A DNA stretch of 63,074 nt, counting the filler, from Octopus bimaculoides (lineage: Eukaryota), in the NCBI RefSeq assembly GCF_001194135.2. It is 7 parts of 6 records of this genome, joined end to end, with 100 filler letters (N's around TTAATTAATTAA, not from the genome) between each part and the next. Parts side by side here need not be neighbours in the genome. Positions count along the whole stretch, not along the records: positions 13,031 to 20,974 come from NC_068981.1; positions 21,075 to 30,347 come from NC_068999.1; 5 more parts are not named here. One strand, 5' to 3'. Shown here one piece after another: positions 13,319-25,154 of the stretch (position 1 is the stretch's first letter; each line of letters starts with the position of its first letter). Position numbers and translations under genes: made by a program. The notes under the pieces are model-generated. The model was not told where the DNA came from and ran no database searches. It was given only the letters and a program-made list of their open reading frames with translations.

Positions 13319-13596
13319 CCACTAAATTCCTGAGTAAAACTTAAATCTAAGGGAGGTAACTCTTGTACTGTGGGCATTAAAACCTCTCACAGTTGCTTTA
13401 CCTGCTAGAAATAGCAACCCACATTCTTTTAAATCAGATCCCAATGCTGGATGTTCAAGAACCAAATGAAGGGCAGATTTTCAATTCTGAGATCATCCTG
13501 ATTTGAAAAAGGTATAACATGTCTATGTAGAGCAAATGGAGACTGAAACACAGGGGTCCCAAACAGACAGAATTTCACTTTTATTAATATAGATAT

Positions 13597-13876
13597 ATAT
13601 TTAGATAAAGATAGTTATTGCTAGTTCATAGGGTTACCCAGGAGTTTGTGTCCATAAAGCGACTGGCTTTACATACATCTCTTCAGACCCTAATGGCAGT
13701 GGCCTATACCCTCTCTTTGAAATAGAGGAAGAACAGGCCTTATGGCTAGTTTTTGAACACACAAAGAAGATCAAATGCAAGGGATTGTCTATGAAACAAC
13801 CATGAGCAGTAAGATATTTAGATAAAGATAGTTATGAGACAGCCATAATTATCTTTATCTAAATATTCTACTGCTC
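13597..13876 (-). mobile_element. Retrozyme-like / Penelope pLTR-like element: 217-bp unit with 22-bp terminal direct repeat, 33-bp fold-back and degenerate HHR
   Basis: ATATTTAGATAAAGATAGTTAT at 13597-13618 and 13814-13835; hairpin arms 13804-13836 and 13844-13876; HHR-like motif 13629-13692. Confidence 0.6.
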
Positions 13877-13939
13877 CATAACTTAGAGTGAGCTTTTCTT
13901 TCGGATTTATGATTTACTGACAATATGTATGTATGTATG

Positions 13940-14157
13940 TCTTTGTGTATGTGCTTGTCCCCCACCACCACTTGATAACCACTGTTGGTGTGTTTACATC
14001 CCCATAACTTAGTGGTTTGTCAAAAGAGACTGATAGAATAACTACGTGGCTTTACAAAAAATAAGTACTGGTGGGTGAGGGGCATAAGTTTGATTAAAAT
14101 TCTTCAAGGCAGTGCATGGCTACAGTCTAATGACTGGAACAAGTAAAATATAAAAGG
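13940..14157 (+). mobile_element. SINE family A 3' half, CpG-decayed
   Basis: Same tail motifs as the 48141 copy, with CG changed to TG/CA. Confidence 0.78.
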
Positions 14158-14373
14158 TAATCAGCACAAGATCAAACTTTAACTGTCAACCCAACCCAAA
14201 GTTTAATTTTGCACACCACCCACATGCCAATTTTTAGCTTATAACTTAGAGCTTACCGTCAAACTTTTAGTAAAAACAAAATTTAATACTCCATAAATAT
14301 ATATTGAATGATTTCTTAGTTAATGTTTTTATTTATGTATAGATATGTATTTATCAAGCATACATTTATACAG

Positions 14374-14450
14374 AGTCAAGACTATTGAAAAGGTTGCAAG
14401 ACGCAACGAAAATTTTAGGAAAATAAAAATAATAAGTGGAAATTTTAACG
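14374..14450 (+). CDS. Candidate exon (coding VKTIEKVARRNENFRKIKIISGNFN, or a non-coding first exon)
   Basis: Acceptor TTTATACAG|A, consensus donor ACG|GTGAGT, 77 bp, one open frame, local CpG retention. No homology recognised. Confidence 0.35.
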
Positions 14451-15254
14451 GTGAGTGTGTTAAATTTTAAGGCACGATAAGAAAATGACTCTCCCCAGAC
14501 ACAACAGAATATGCTTCAACACACGAAATCACATAAAAAAATCTTGCAAACCAAATCCCAAAACGAAATACATTTATATAGATATGTGTGTAAGTGTCTG
14601 TTAAAAAGCTCATCTTATATCTTAAGCTAAATCTCAAGTGTTGTACTTTAAATTTGAATTTCTTTCTTTATTGTTTAGAGATAGTAGCACGCAATTTATT
14701 TCATGTTTTAAATGTATTCACTGAATAGTGTATTCCAACTGAATATTAGTATAAGAATTAATGTAGACTCATTTGTGTGTTTACATATTTATTCAATCAC
14801 ATATACACACAGAGATTCAAATGACATAAGAAATGTAAAATATAAGATTATAGTGATAATATTTAAAATAACTGATTATTTTAATGTTTAAAATAACAGT
14901 GATTATACAATTAAAACTGATAAAAATTATATTTAAAATAATTGTGATAAAAGTAATAATAATGAAAATGTTCTATTTTACATGAAGCTTCAGTTATTGT
15001 CATTCTTTAGACCAGATGAGCTCAGGTTGATCAGACTATGATCTCAGGCATTCGTTTTATCCATGGCCATACCATCTTTATTTCAGTGTATCTAGGACTG
15101 CATTCTCTAACTTGTTCAGTTACAAGATGGTAGGGTGTCATTTGAGGGAAATTTGCTTGTTATTTCTAGTGGGTTAAGACACTACACAGATGCCTTGTTT
15201 TATTGGTTTGAAAAGCTTTGATATATGATGCATAGGAAAGAGAAGTACACTGTC

Positions 15255-15335
15255 ATAGATTTAGAGAGGTAATACCAAACTTGGAAGCAGAACCTAGAAT
15301 TGAGAGGCTTCAGTGTAAACTTGAAAGAAAATCCT
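15255..15335 (+). mobile_element. Tiny RTE LINE RT remnant
   Basis: Translates QTWKQNLELRGFSVNLKE, matching QV.KQGLESKGLRVNLAK of the RTE copy at about 17800-17860. Confidence 0.55.
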
Positions 15336-16482
15336 AGGATCAAGAGGTCTGAAGATAACTTGGAAGAAAATCCCACAAGTAGGAGACCTCAAAGTCAACC
15401 TAGGAATGATTCAATTTTTAGTTAGCAGGAAAGAAGACAGAACTCTATTACCATTGGGAAAAATGGTTATGTTTCACATGGAGAAAAGAAGTAGCTAAGA
15501 ATTCCATGTGGTGTACTCACTGTAAACTGTGAATACCTAAGAGGATCACAGCATGAGCTGAAATGGAAAGTAGCTTTCATATGCAGGAGAGGCAAGCAAT
15601 GGATCATAAAAGGTTGAGTGGAAATGGAATTGTTAATTTTAGCAAAAAAAGTATGCTTTTCACTCTTTATAAGCTTCATTAAAAATTGATGCTTTAAATT
15701 TGTAGATGTTGTATAATTCATTTCCAAACATCTCTGTGCAATTCCATTTATTCAAACAAAATTTTCACACAATACAGTGTGAGACAAGAAAATTAAAATG
15801 AACTAATGAATTTTTGATGGAAAATGATGTCAATTGGTGTAATAATCAATGGAGAATATAGTGTCAATTGATACAGAAAGGAAAACAAGCAAGTAGAACC
15901 ATATTACACTAACATTATCATGTGCAGATATGTATACATAATCACTTGCATCAATAATAAATAAGATGAGAAGAAAATATAAAGTCATATAGATAAATTA
16001 ATAATGAATAAATTACTTACAATCATGCATATGTACATATGCATGCAGGTACAAATGTGCAAGTATGTGAACATGTATGTATATATATGCTTTTATATAT
16101 ATATACAATCATAGTTGATGGGTTGGACGTGGTGCTGATGGAAGAGCAATAACTCTTGAAATATACATTACCAATGTTTTCTATCATCCATCGCATTGTT
16201 TACATAGAAGAATTTGTATATGAACCATCATAACTTACAGTGGTGGCTCTGAATTCTACAAAAAAACTGTAGAAATACACTTTAAAACAATGAGAATATC
16301 ATACTCCTAACACAAAAGTAAAACACAATATTGACTTGTATATCTTTAATATATTTGGTAGTATATTATGGTTGCAAAACGAAATACTGTGTCTTTGCTA
16401 GCAATTAATATATACATATATATATAGTGAGAATTTACAAAAAAACAAAAGACGAAGATGGGTGTGTAAACAACAAACAGAT

Positions 16483-18036
16483 GTATCAGTTTAACGCTCA
16501 CTGGCAATGGTTGGATGGTTTGACAGGAGCTGGGGGCCACACTAGGCTCCATTATCTGTTTTGGTATAGTTTCTGTGGCTGGATGCCCTTAACGTCTGTT
16601 GTCCATGCTGGCATGGGGTAGACGGTTTGACCAGGGCTGGTGAGCTGAGAGGCTGCTCTAGACTCCACTCTGATTTGGCATAGTTTCTATGGTTGGATGC
16701 TCTTCCTAATACCAACCCCTCCAAGACTGCAATGGGTGCTTCTATGTGCTACTGGCATGAGTGCCAGTTGTGTGTCATCAGTATCTGCCATGATTATGAT
16801 TTCACTTGGCTTGATGGATCTTCTTCTCAAGCACAACACATTGCCAAAGGTCTCAGTCATTTGTCATTGCCTCCATGAAGCCCAACGCTCAAAAGATGCT
16901 TTTTATGTGACACCAGCATTGACCACATTGCCTCCGTGAGGCCCAATGCACCAAAAGGTGCTTTTATATGCTACCAACATGGCTGCCAGTTACATGACAC
17001 TGACAACAGCTATGACGAGGATTTCACTTGGATTGACGGGCCTTCTCAAGCACAGCATATTACCAAAGGTCTCAGAAACTAGTCATTGCCTCTGTGACGC
17101 CCAAAGTTCAAAGATCATGCTTCACTACCTCATCCCATGTCTTCCTGGGTTTCCCTCTTCTGCATCAAATGACCATACCAACACAGTTGTCTCTCTTGCA
17201 CACCACATCTGATGCCTCTTATGCCCAACTTTTCTCTCAAGACCCTTATACTTTGCCGTACATGCACACTGATATTGAACGTCCAGCGAATCATACTAAC
17301 TTCATTTCTTTCAAGCCTACACATGTCCTCGACAATCATAGCCCATGTTTCACTGCCATGTAGCATGGCTGTTCACACTCAGGCATCATACAATCTGCCT
17401 TTCACTTTGAGGAAGAAGCCCTTTGTTACTAACAGAGGTAGGAGCTCTCTGAACTTTGCCCAGCCTATTCTTATTCTTGCAGCTACACTCTCAGAGCATC
17501 CACTTCCACCACTAACTTGGTTATCTAAATAGCAGAAGCTATCAACTACTTCTAGTTTACCCCGCTGGCATTTGATGAAGTCTATTTTCTGTACATTTGT
17601 AGTATTTATTGTACCTGTGCCCTGTCTACACACAAAAGCTAGTTTCTCTGTTCTTCTGATTTTGCTGCACCTCTTATGTGTCTATAGCTTACACTGGGTA
17701 CATCTTATGGAGTTACTACCTATACCTTTTCCACAGATCAAGCAGGGCCATCTACCTGAAAGGATCTGTGATTTGTCTGCTTTCCTACTTACTAAAACTT
17801 TGGTCTTTGCTAGATTAACTCTAAGGCCCTTTGATTCTAGACCTTGCTTTCACACCTGAAATTTCTTCTCTAGTTCCAGTAGTAATTCAGTTATAACAGC
17901 GAGATCATCAGCATAGAGGAGCTTCCAGGGGCAACCTGTCTTAAATTCCTGTGTTATTGCCTGGAGGACTATGATGAACAAGAGGGGCTTGAGGACTGAG
18001 CCTTGGTGGACCCCTACTTGTACCCTGATTACGTGA
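16483..18036 (-). mobile_element. 5'-truncated RTE-clade LINE (pseudogenised RT C-terminal half plus 3' UTR)
   Basis: VGVHQGSVL.PLLF, LLYADDL, GLRVNLAKTKVL, LEVVDSFCYL, RIRIGWAKFREL, AMLHGSETW, LCWYGH motifs with in-frame stops. The 3' UTR has an internal ~220-bp duplication (about 16740-16890 and 16960-17110) and two stacked 3'-end modules similar to 20261-20396. Confidence 0.92.
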
Positions 18037-18038
18037 AG

Positions 18039-18141
<103 letters not shown>

Positions 18142-18144
18142 GGA

Positions 18145-18761
18145 GGTGCAGGCATAGATGTGTGGTAAGAAGCTTACTTCCCAGCCATATAGTTCAGGGT
18201 TCAGTCCCACTGCGTGGCACCTTGGGCAAGTGACTTCAGCTATAGCCTCAGACCAACCAAAGCATTGTGGGTAGATTTGGAAGATGGAAACTAAAAGAAG
18301 CCTGTTGTGTGCATATATATATATATATATATTGATAGAAAAGGTAAGACAACAAAAGAAAGAAAGAGACCTCGATATTATGTAAATAGAGGAATTTATC
18401 TGTAAATAATATGTGACAATTATTCAGTAGCCATGATAAAACTCTGAGTTTTGGATGTCAGGGCGGAAACCCATGCCGCCATCTCTTTAGTTATCTGGCN
18501 NNNNNNNNNNNNNNNNNNNNNNNNNNNNNNNNNNNNNNNNNNNNNNNNNNNNNNNNNNNNNNNNNNNNNNNNNNNNNNNNNNNNNNNNNNNNNNNNNNNN
18601 NNNNNNNNNNNNNNNNNNNNNGCCATCGAAAAAATGCTATCTTTTTTTAGCATTTTTTCGATGGCCAGATAACTGAAGAGATGGCGGCGTGGGTTTCCAC
18701 CCCGACATCCAAAACTCGGAGTTTTATCATGGCTACCGAATAATTGTCACATATTATTTAC

Positions 18762-18796
<35 letters not shown>

Positions 18797-19040
18797 TATA
18801 GATATAGATACATATCTATGTGTGTGTTTCTTTGTGTCTGTGTTTGTCCTCCACCACTGCTTGACAGTTAGTGTTAGTGTGGTTGGATCCCTGTCGCTTA
18901 GCGCTTTGGCAAAAGAGACCAATAAAATAAGTACAAGGTTTAAAAAATAAGTACTGGGCTTGATTACATTCAGCTAAAAATTCAGAGCAGTGCCCCAGCA
19001 TGGGCACACTCTAATGAGTGAAACACGTAAAAGATAAAGA
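18145..19040 (+). mobile_element. SINE family A split by an insertion in its central (TA)n: head 18145-18315, tail 18815-19040
   Basis: Head and tail match the 48141 copy; the intervening 18335-18766 is a palindromic HHR element. Confidence 0.75.
18335..18766. mobile_element. Palindromic (inverted pLTR-like) element with two divergent HHR-like motifs
   Basis: 103-bp arms 18397-18499 and 18664-18766 (6 differences), perfect 18-bp central hairpin 18622-18665, HHR topology 18664-18733. Confidence 0.7.
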
Positions 19041-19044
19041 TATA

Positions 19045-19416
19045 TATATATTAAAATAGTAGGGTAAAAAATTGTGTATTAATTAATATCAATTTAATAC
19101 CAGGAAACTAGCACATTAAAAGAATCAGGAGATTCAGAAAAAATATTCTGAGATCTTAAAAGGATTATTGTATATGTATACATAAAAGAGACCACTAAGT
19201 TGACTGCTAATGTGTCTTTTAAGACCGAATAGTTCTCAAAGTAAAAATCCAGCAAAGCAAAACATACAGGCAAAACTAGTGAAAATTACAGAAATAAATA
19301 CAAAGTTATCTGTAGACCGGTTTCGAAATTAATATTTCCTTACTGAAAATATCTGTTTCTCTTCAGTACGGACTGAAGAGAAACAGATATTTTTGGTAAG
19401 GAAATATTAATTTCGA
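19045..19416 (-). mobile_element. Penelope-like pLTR remnant with near-intact minimal type-I HHR and 45-bp inversion
   Basis: Minus strand: CCGTA-CTGAAGA-stemII-GAAAC-CG-GTC-TACAG (19310-19371). Inverted arms 19323-19367 and 19372-19416. AT-rich body runs down to TA repeats at about 19045. Confidence 0.7.
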
Positions 19417-20260
19417 NNNNNNNNNNNNNNNNNNNNNNNNNNNNNNNNNNNNNNNNNNNNNNNNNNNNNNNNNNNNNNNNNNNNNNNNNNNNNNNNNNNN
19501 NNNNNNNNNNNNNNNNNNNNNNNNNNNNNNNNNNNNNNNNNNNNNNNNNNNNNNNNNNNNNNNNNNNNNNNNNNNNNNNNNNNNNNNNNNNNNNNNNNNN
19601 NNNNNNNNNNNNNNNNNNNNNNNNNNNNNNNNNNNNNNNNNNNNNNNNNNNNNNNNNNNNNNNNNNNNNNNNNNNNNNNNNNNNNNNNNNNNNNNNNNNN
19701 NNNNNNNNNNNNNNNNNNNNNNNNNNNNNNNNNNNNNNNNNNNNNNNNNNNNNNNNNNNNNNNNNNNNNNNNNNNNNNNNNNNNNNNNNNNNNNNNNNNN
19801 NNNNNNNNNNNNNNNNNNNNNNNNNNNNNNNNNNNNNNNNNNNNNNNNNNNNNNNNNNNNNNNNNNNNNNNNNNNNNNNNNNNNNNNNNNNNNNNNNNNN
19901 NNNNNNNNNNNNNNNNNNNNNNNNNNNNNNNNNNNNNNNNNNNNNNNNNNNNNNNNNNNNNNNNNNNNNNNNNNNNNNNNNNNNNNNNNNNNNNNNNNNN
20001 NNNNNNNNNNNNNNNNNNNNNNNNNNNNNNNNNNNNNNNNNNNNNNNNNNNNNNNNNNNNNNNNNNNNNNNNNNNNNNNNNNNNNNNNNNNNNNNNNNNN
20101 NNNNNNNNNNNNNNNNNNNNNNNNNNNNNNNNNNNNNNNNNNNNNNNNNNNNNNNNNNNNNNNNNNNNNNNNNNNNNNNNNNNNNNNNNNNNNNNNNNNN
20201 NNNNNNNNNNNNNNNNNNNNNNNNNNNNNNNNNNNNNNNNNNNNNNNNNNNNNNNNNNNN

Positions 20261-20396
20261 CATCCAGCTGTAGAAACTCTGCCAAATCAGACTGGAGCCT
20301 GGTGTTGCCATCCGGTTTCACCAGTCCTCAGTCAAATCGTCCAACCCATGCTAGCATGGAAAGCGGACGTTAAACGATGATGATGATGATGATGAT
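20261..20396 (+). mobile_element. 3' end of an RTE LINE (or RTE-tailed SINE) with (GAT)n tail
   Basis: CCAACCCATGCTAGCATGGAAAGCGGACGTTAAAC(GAT)n; homologous to the 3' modules of the 16483 RTE; CpGs intact. Confidence 0.85.
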
Positions 20397-20931
20397 ATAT
20401 ATATATATATATATATATGTGCATGTATGTGTGTATGCATATGCATATATATGTATGTATATATGCATATATGTGTGTGTGTGTGTGTGTAATAGTGTGT
20501 ACATAGATTCTTGACATATTCTAACAGAGTTAAATCAAATAGGCTGTTCACTGTTTTGTTTGCTCATCACAGGAATTTAATATCAGCTTGAAAGACATTA
20601 GCACACATCAGTGAATTTCATTTGCTGAATTATATAAATAAGAACACCTGTTCTTGTTTAGATAAAGAATTCCAAGTGATAATTGTGATTGAAGAAGGAC
20701 AATCATGCTGAAACACTCATGTCTGAAAGTCACTGAATAATGTGTTGTTGTCAACACATATCATCTAATGAGAGAACTTATTCTCCAAAGATAAAACCTA
20801 ACAGTAAATGCCATATTCATATCCTAATATACTAGAACATGTTAAGAATGAATAAACACCAAATATATATTTTTTACCATTGTTCTGCATACTCACAATA
20901 ATTATACATATATACATTCAAGCATGCATAT

Positions 20932-20974
<43 letters not shown>

Positions 20975-21074
20975 NNNNNNNNNNNNNNNNNNNNNNNNNN
21001 NNNNNNNNNNNNNNNNNNTTAATTAATTAANNNNNNNNNNNNNNNNNNNNNNNNNNNNNNNNNNNNNNNNNNNN

Positions 21075-21191
21075 CTTTGGAAGCCTAGTACTTATTCTAT
21101 CGATCTATTTTGCCGAACCGCTAAGTTACGGGGACGTAAACACACCAGCATCGGTTGTCAAGCAATGTTAGTGGGACAAACACAGACACAA

Positions 21192-21224
<33 letters not shown>

Positions 21225-21413
21225 CTTATATATATATACTTATATACGACGGCGGGTTTCTTTCAGTTTCCGTCTACCAAATCCACTCACAAGGCTTTGG
21301 TCGGCCCGAGGCTATAGTAGAAGACACTTGCCCAAGGTGCCACGGAGTGGGAATGAACTCGGAACCATGTGGTTGGGGAGCAAGCTACTTACCACACAAC
21401 CACTCCTGCGCCT
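21075..21413 (-). mobile_element. SINE family A, near full length
   Basis: High similarity to the reverse complement of 48141-48558; CpGs retained. Confidence 0.92.
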
Positions 21414-21970
21414 AAATATATATATATATGTATGTATGTGCACACGTGCGTGCATGTGTACCATATCGCTTAACCAACATATTTCCACCACCACCACCAC
21501 CACCATCACCACCACCACCACCACCACCACCACCACCACCACCGATACCACCACCGTTACCATTCGCTGTGCTTACTTAACTCATTTAGCTACCAATTTA
21601 TCTCATTCATTATCAAAGACATTCTACCGCGATAGTCATTCAAAATTCGACAACAATGTAACATATATAGATCCAACTTTCTGCTGAGCGAGATATTTAT
21701 CTAACTTGCAAATTCAATATTTATTCACAACAAAATATCCAAAAAAGGCGATATTCTAGTAATAATCGAAATAATGTGATGATACGTTAGTAAAAATCAA
21801 AAAATTCCGTGTTAAGTATGACGTAACTAGATGGAATATCAAAAACCTCCGTTAGAATTGTATTATTATCCATTGAATAACCTATTCTGATGTATTTCTA
21901 TTTTAGCTTTTGGATTTCGTATGTAGAAGTGGTGCATAGGTGTATGTGCACACGTTTATTATTTACATAC

Positions 21971-22014
<44 letters not shown>

Positions 22015-22097
22015 ACACACATTGCTACAGTTTGACTACTTGAAACTTCCTTTCATATGTGGCATTTGGTGAATGAGAGAGTTTGTGTGTGCACATG

Positions 22098-22143
<46 letters not shown>

Positions 22144-22434
22144 CATACATACATATATATANNNNNNNNNNNNNNNNNNNNNNNNNNNNNNNNNNNNNNN
22201 NNNNNNNNNNNNNNNNNNNNNNNNNNNNNNNNNNNNNNNNNNNNNNNNNNNNNNNNNNNNNNNNNNNNNNNNNNNNNNNNNNNNNNNNNNNNNNNNNNNN
22301 NNNNNNNNNNNNNNNNNNNNNNNNNNNNNNNNNNNNNNNNNNNNNNNNNNNNNNNNNNNNNNNNNNNNNNNNNNNNNNNNNNNNNNNNNNNNNNNNNNNN
22401 NNNNNNNNNNNNNNTATATATATATATATATGTA

Positions 22435-22545
22435 TATATATTCTTTCGAACTGCCAGACTTTGGAACTCCTTCCCTTTTCGTATTTTAATTCCTTCTTTT
22501 GGCATTAACTCTTTCAAGTCTCAACTAAATTCATTTCTCTAGACT
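22435..22545 (+). mobile_element. 3' terminal remnant of a CR1/L2/Jockey-type LINE ORF2
   Basis: Translates FFRTARLWNSFPFRILIPSFGINSFKSQLNSFL*, the typical R....WN.LP......FK..L ORF2 C-terminal motif. Confidence 0.7.
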
Positions 22546-24398
22546 TAATTTTTATCCTTCTTCGTAGTTCGTTACATTAAGTCACTTCTCGCCTTGTTTG
22601 AAGCTTTCTTATGTAAAAACAAACAAGTTATTGCCATGTAACATGCGCAGTGTTACTCTGATTCTGCTTGTGAATTACATTAAATGTATAAGTATCTGTG
22701 GATTACTCAGCCACTTACACGTAGATCCAGGTAAAGACAGTTCAGTTGATAGAACAACCGAATCCATGTCGCTGAGTGACGGAGATCCAACCACCGCCAT
22801 TGTTGACTAGTTTGGAACATTCTTTTCCTATTCAATGTTAGTTGAACGTAGGATAAAAATACCTTACAGTATTGTATCCTGGGGGATTGCATCAGTTTTT
22901 CTGATTAAGTAGTAAAAAAAAAAGTACCTCTTCCAAAACCCGCTCATTGAATTTAGTTTCAAATGAAGGAAGACATATCTACATGGCTGGTCGAACCAGC
23001 AAGAAATGGCAACTAAATTCTCCTTTATTAAATATTAACTTAAAAGCTGCACTCCGTGCGGACTTTTCGGTTAGATCCTCCGGAAGGCTAATTGGGCCAG
23101 CGGCCCAAAACTAAAGAGAGCTAAATAACATGATTATAACACGTATTTGATGACTATATGTCCCGGTGGTCTTTGATCAGAAGTTAAGGGCGGAAAATAA
23201 TTATTTCTGTAATGCAAACGTTCTAGTGTTTCAATCTTGGCCAATTTGCTTCGCAAATCCTTATTTCGACGTAAAATTAACGAAGCAAATGTCATTTATC
23301 TCCCCCTTGATCTCTGACGTCATCTGACAAACGCCAACCAAGTTGGCGTGAATCAGTCAAGCTTTACCTGCTAGAAATAGCAAACCAAACGCTTTTAAAT
23401 CAAATCTCAATTCTGGATATTGATGAACCAAATAAACCACAGATTTTCAATCCCGGGATTATCCTGATTCCAAAAAGTCTTTTGCACGTATATATATATA
23501 TACACCAGTACAGACACATTCTTGGACGTATATATATNNNNNNNNNNNNNNNNNNNNNNNNNNNNNNNNNNNNNNNNNNNNNNNNNNNNNNNNNNNNNNN
23601 NNNNNNNNNNNNNNNNNNNNNNNNNNNNNNNNNNNNNNNNNNNNNNNNNNNNNNNNNNNNNNNNNNNNNNNNNNNNNNNNNNNNNNNNNNNNNNNNNNNN
23701 NNNNNNNNNNNNNNNNNNNNNNNNNNNNNNNNNNNNNNNNNNNNNNNNNNNNNNNNNNNNNNNNNNNNNNNNNNNNNNNNNNNNNNNNNNNNNNNNNNNN
23801 NNNNNNNNNNNNNNNNNNNNNNNNNNNNNNNNNNNNNNNNNNNNNNNNNNNNNNNNNNNNNNNNNNNNNNNNNNNNNNNNNNNNNNNNNNNNNNNNNNNN
23901 NNNNNNNNNNNNNNNNNNNNNNNNNNNNNNNNNNNNNNNNNNNNNNNNNNNNNNNNNNNNNNNNNNNNNNNNNNNNNNNNNNNNNNNNNNNNNNNNNNNN
24001 NNNNNNNNNNNNNNNNNNNNNNNNNNNNNNNNNNNNNNNNNNNNNNNNNNNNNNNNNNNNNNNNNNNNNNNNNNNNNNNNNNNNNNNNNNNNNNNNNNNN
24101 NNNNNNNNNNNNNNNNNNNNNNNNNNNNNNNNNNNNNNNNNNNNNNNNNNNNNNNNNNNNNNNNNNNNNNNNNNNNNNNNNNNNNNNNNNNNNNNNNNNN
24201 NNNNNNNNNNNNNNNNNNNNNNNNNNNNNNNNNNNNNNNNNNCCTTACCAGGTGTGCAGATTCTTCGTCTCATTGACCTTTGAGAAAATGGTTGCTGGTC
24301 GAGCATTTCAGCAAATATTAATACGACGAATGCAAACAACACTCAATGCAATCCATTGACAGTTCCTTGTACACACACACACATACACACACACACAC

Positions 24399-24443
<45 letters not shown>

Positions 24444-24611
24444 AACGCATGCATACACACACACACAGCACGCACCACACAGAGGTGCGCACAGGCAAAC
24501 ATAGATTTGTATATGCAAGCGTACGTATACAGATATAAGCACTATGCATATATTATACGTGTGCGTGCGTGTGTGTATATATATTTTTATTTAATTTTTT
24601 AATTTTATTTC

Positions 24612-25154
24612 ATTTGTTTCAGTCATTTGACTGCGGCCATGCTGGAACACCGCCTTTAGTCGAGCAAATCAACCCCAGGATTTATTCTTTGTAAGCCTAC
24701 TATTTATTCTATCGGTCTCTCTTGCCTGAACCGTTAAGTTACGGGGACGTAAACACACCAGCATCGTTTGTCAAGCGATGTTGGGGGTGGGGACAAACAC
24801 AGACACACAAACATATATACACATACACACGCACATACATACATACATATATATATATATATANNNNNNNNNNNNNNNNNNNNNNNNNNNNNNNNNNNNN
24901 NNNNNNNNNNNNNNNNNNNNNNNNNNNNNNNNNNNNNNNNNNNNNNNNNNNNNNNNNNNNNNNNNNNNNNNNNNNNNNNNNNNNNNNNNNNNNNNNNNNN
25001 NNNNNNNNNNNNNNNNNNNNATATATACGACGGGCTTCTTTCAGTTTCCGTCGACCAAATCCACTCACAAGTCTTTTGTCGGCCCGAGGCTATAGTACAA
25101 GACACTTGCCCAAGATGCCACGCAGTGGGACTGAACTCGGAACCATGTGGTTGA
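24612..25154 (-). mobile_element. SINE family A spanning a gap in its central microsatellite
   Basis: Tail 24612-24810 and head-proximal part 25021-25154 match family A. Confidence 0.88.

Noticed and set aside
13555-13595. Helitron-like 5' end (TCTATATTAATAAAAG..CTGTCTG, minus strand); also a hairpin+CTAG end at 47478-47503
   Set aside because: No matching opposite terminus was found for either.
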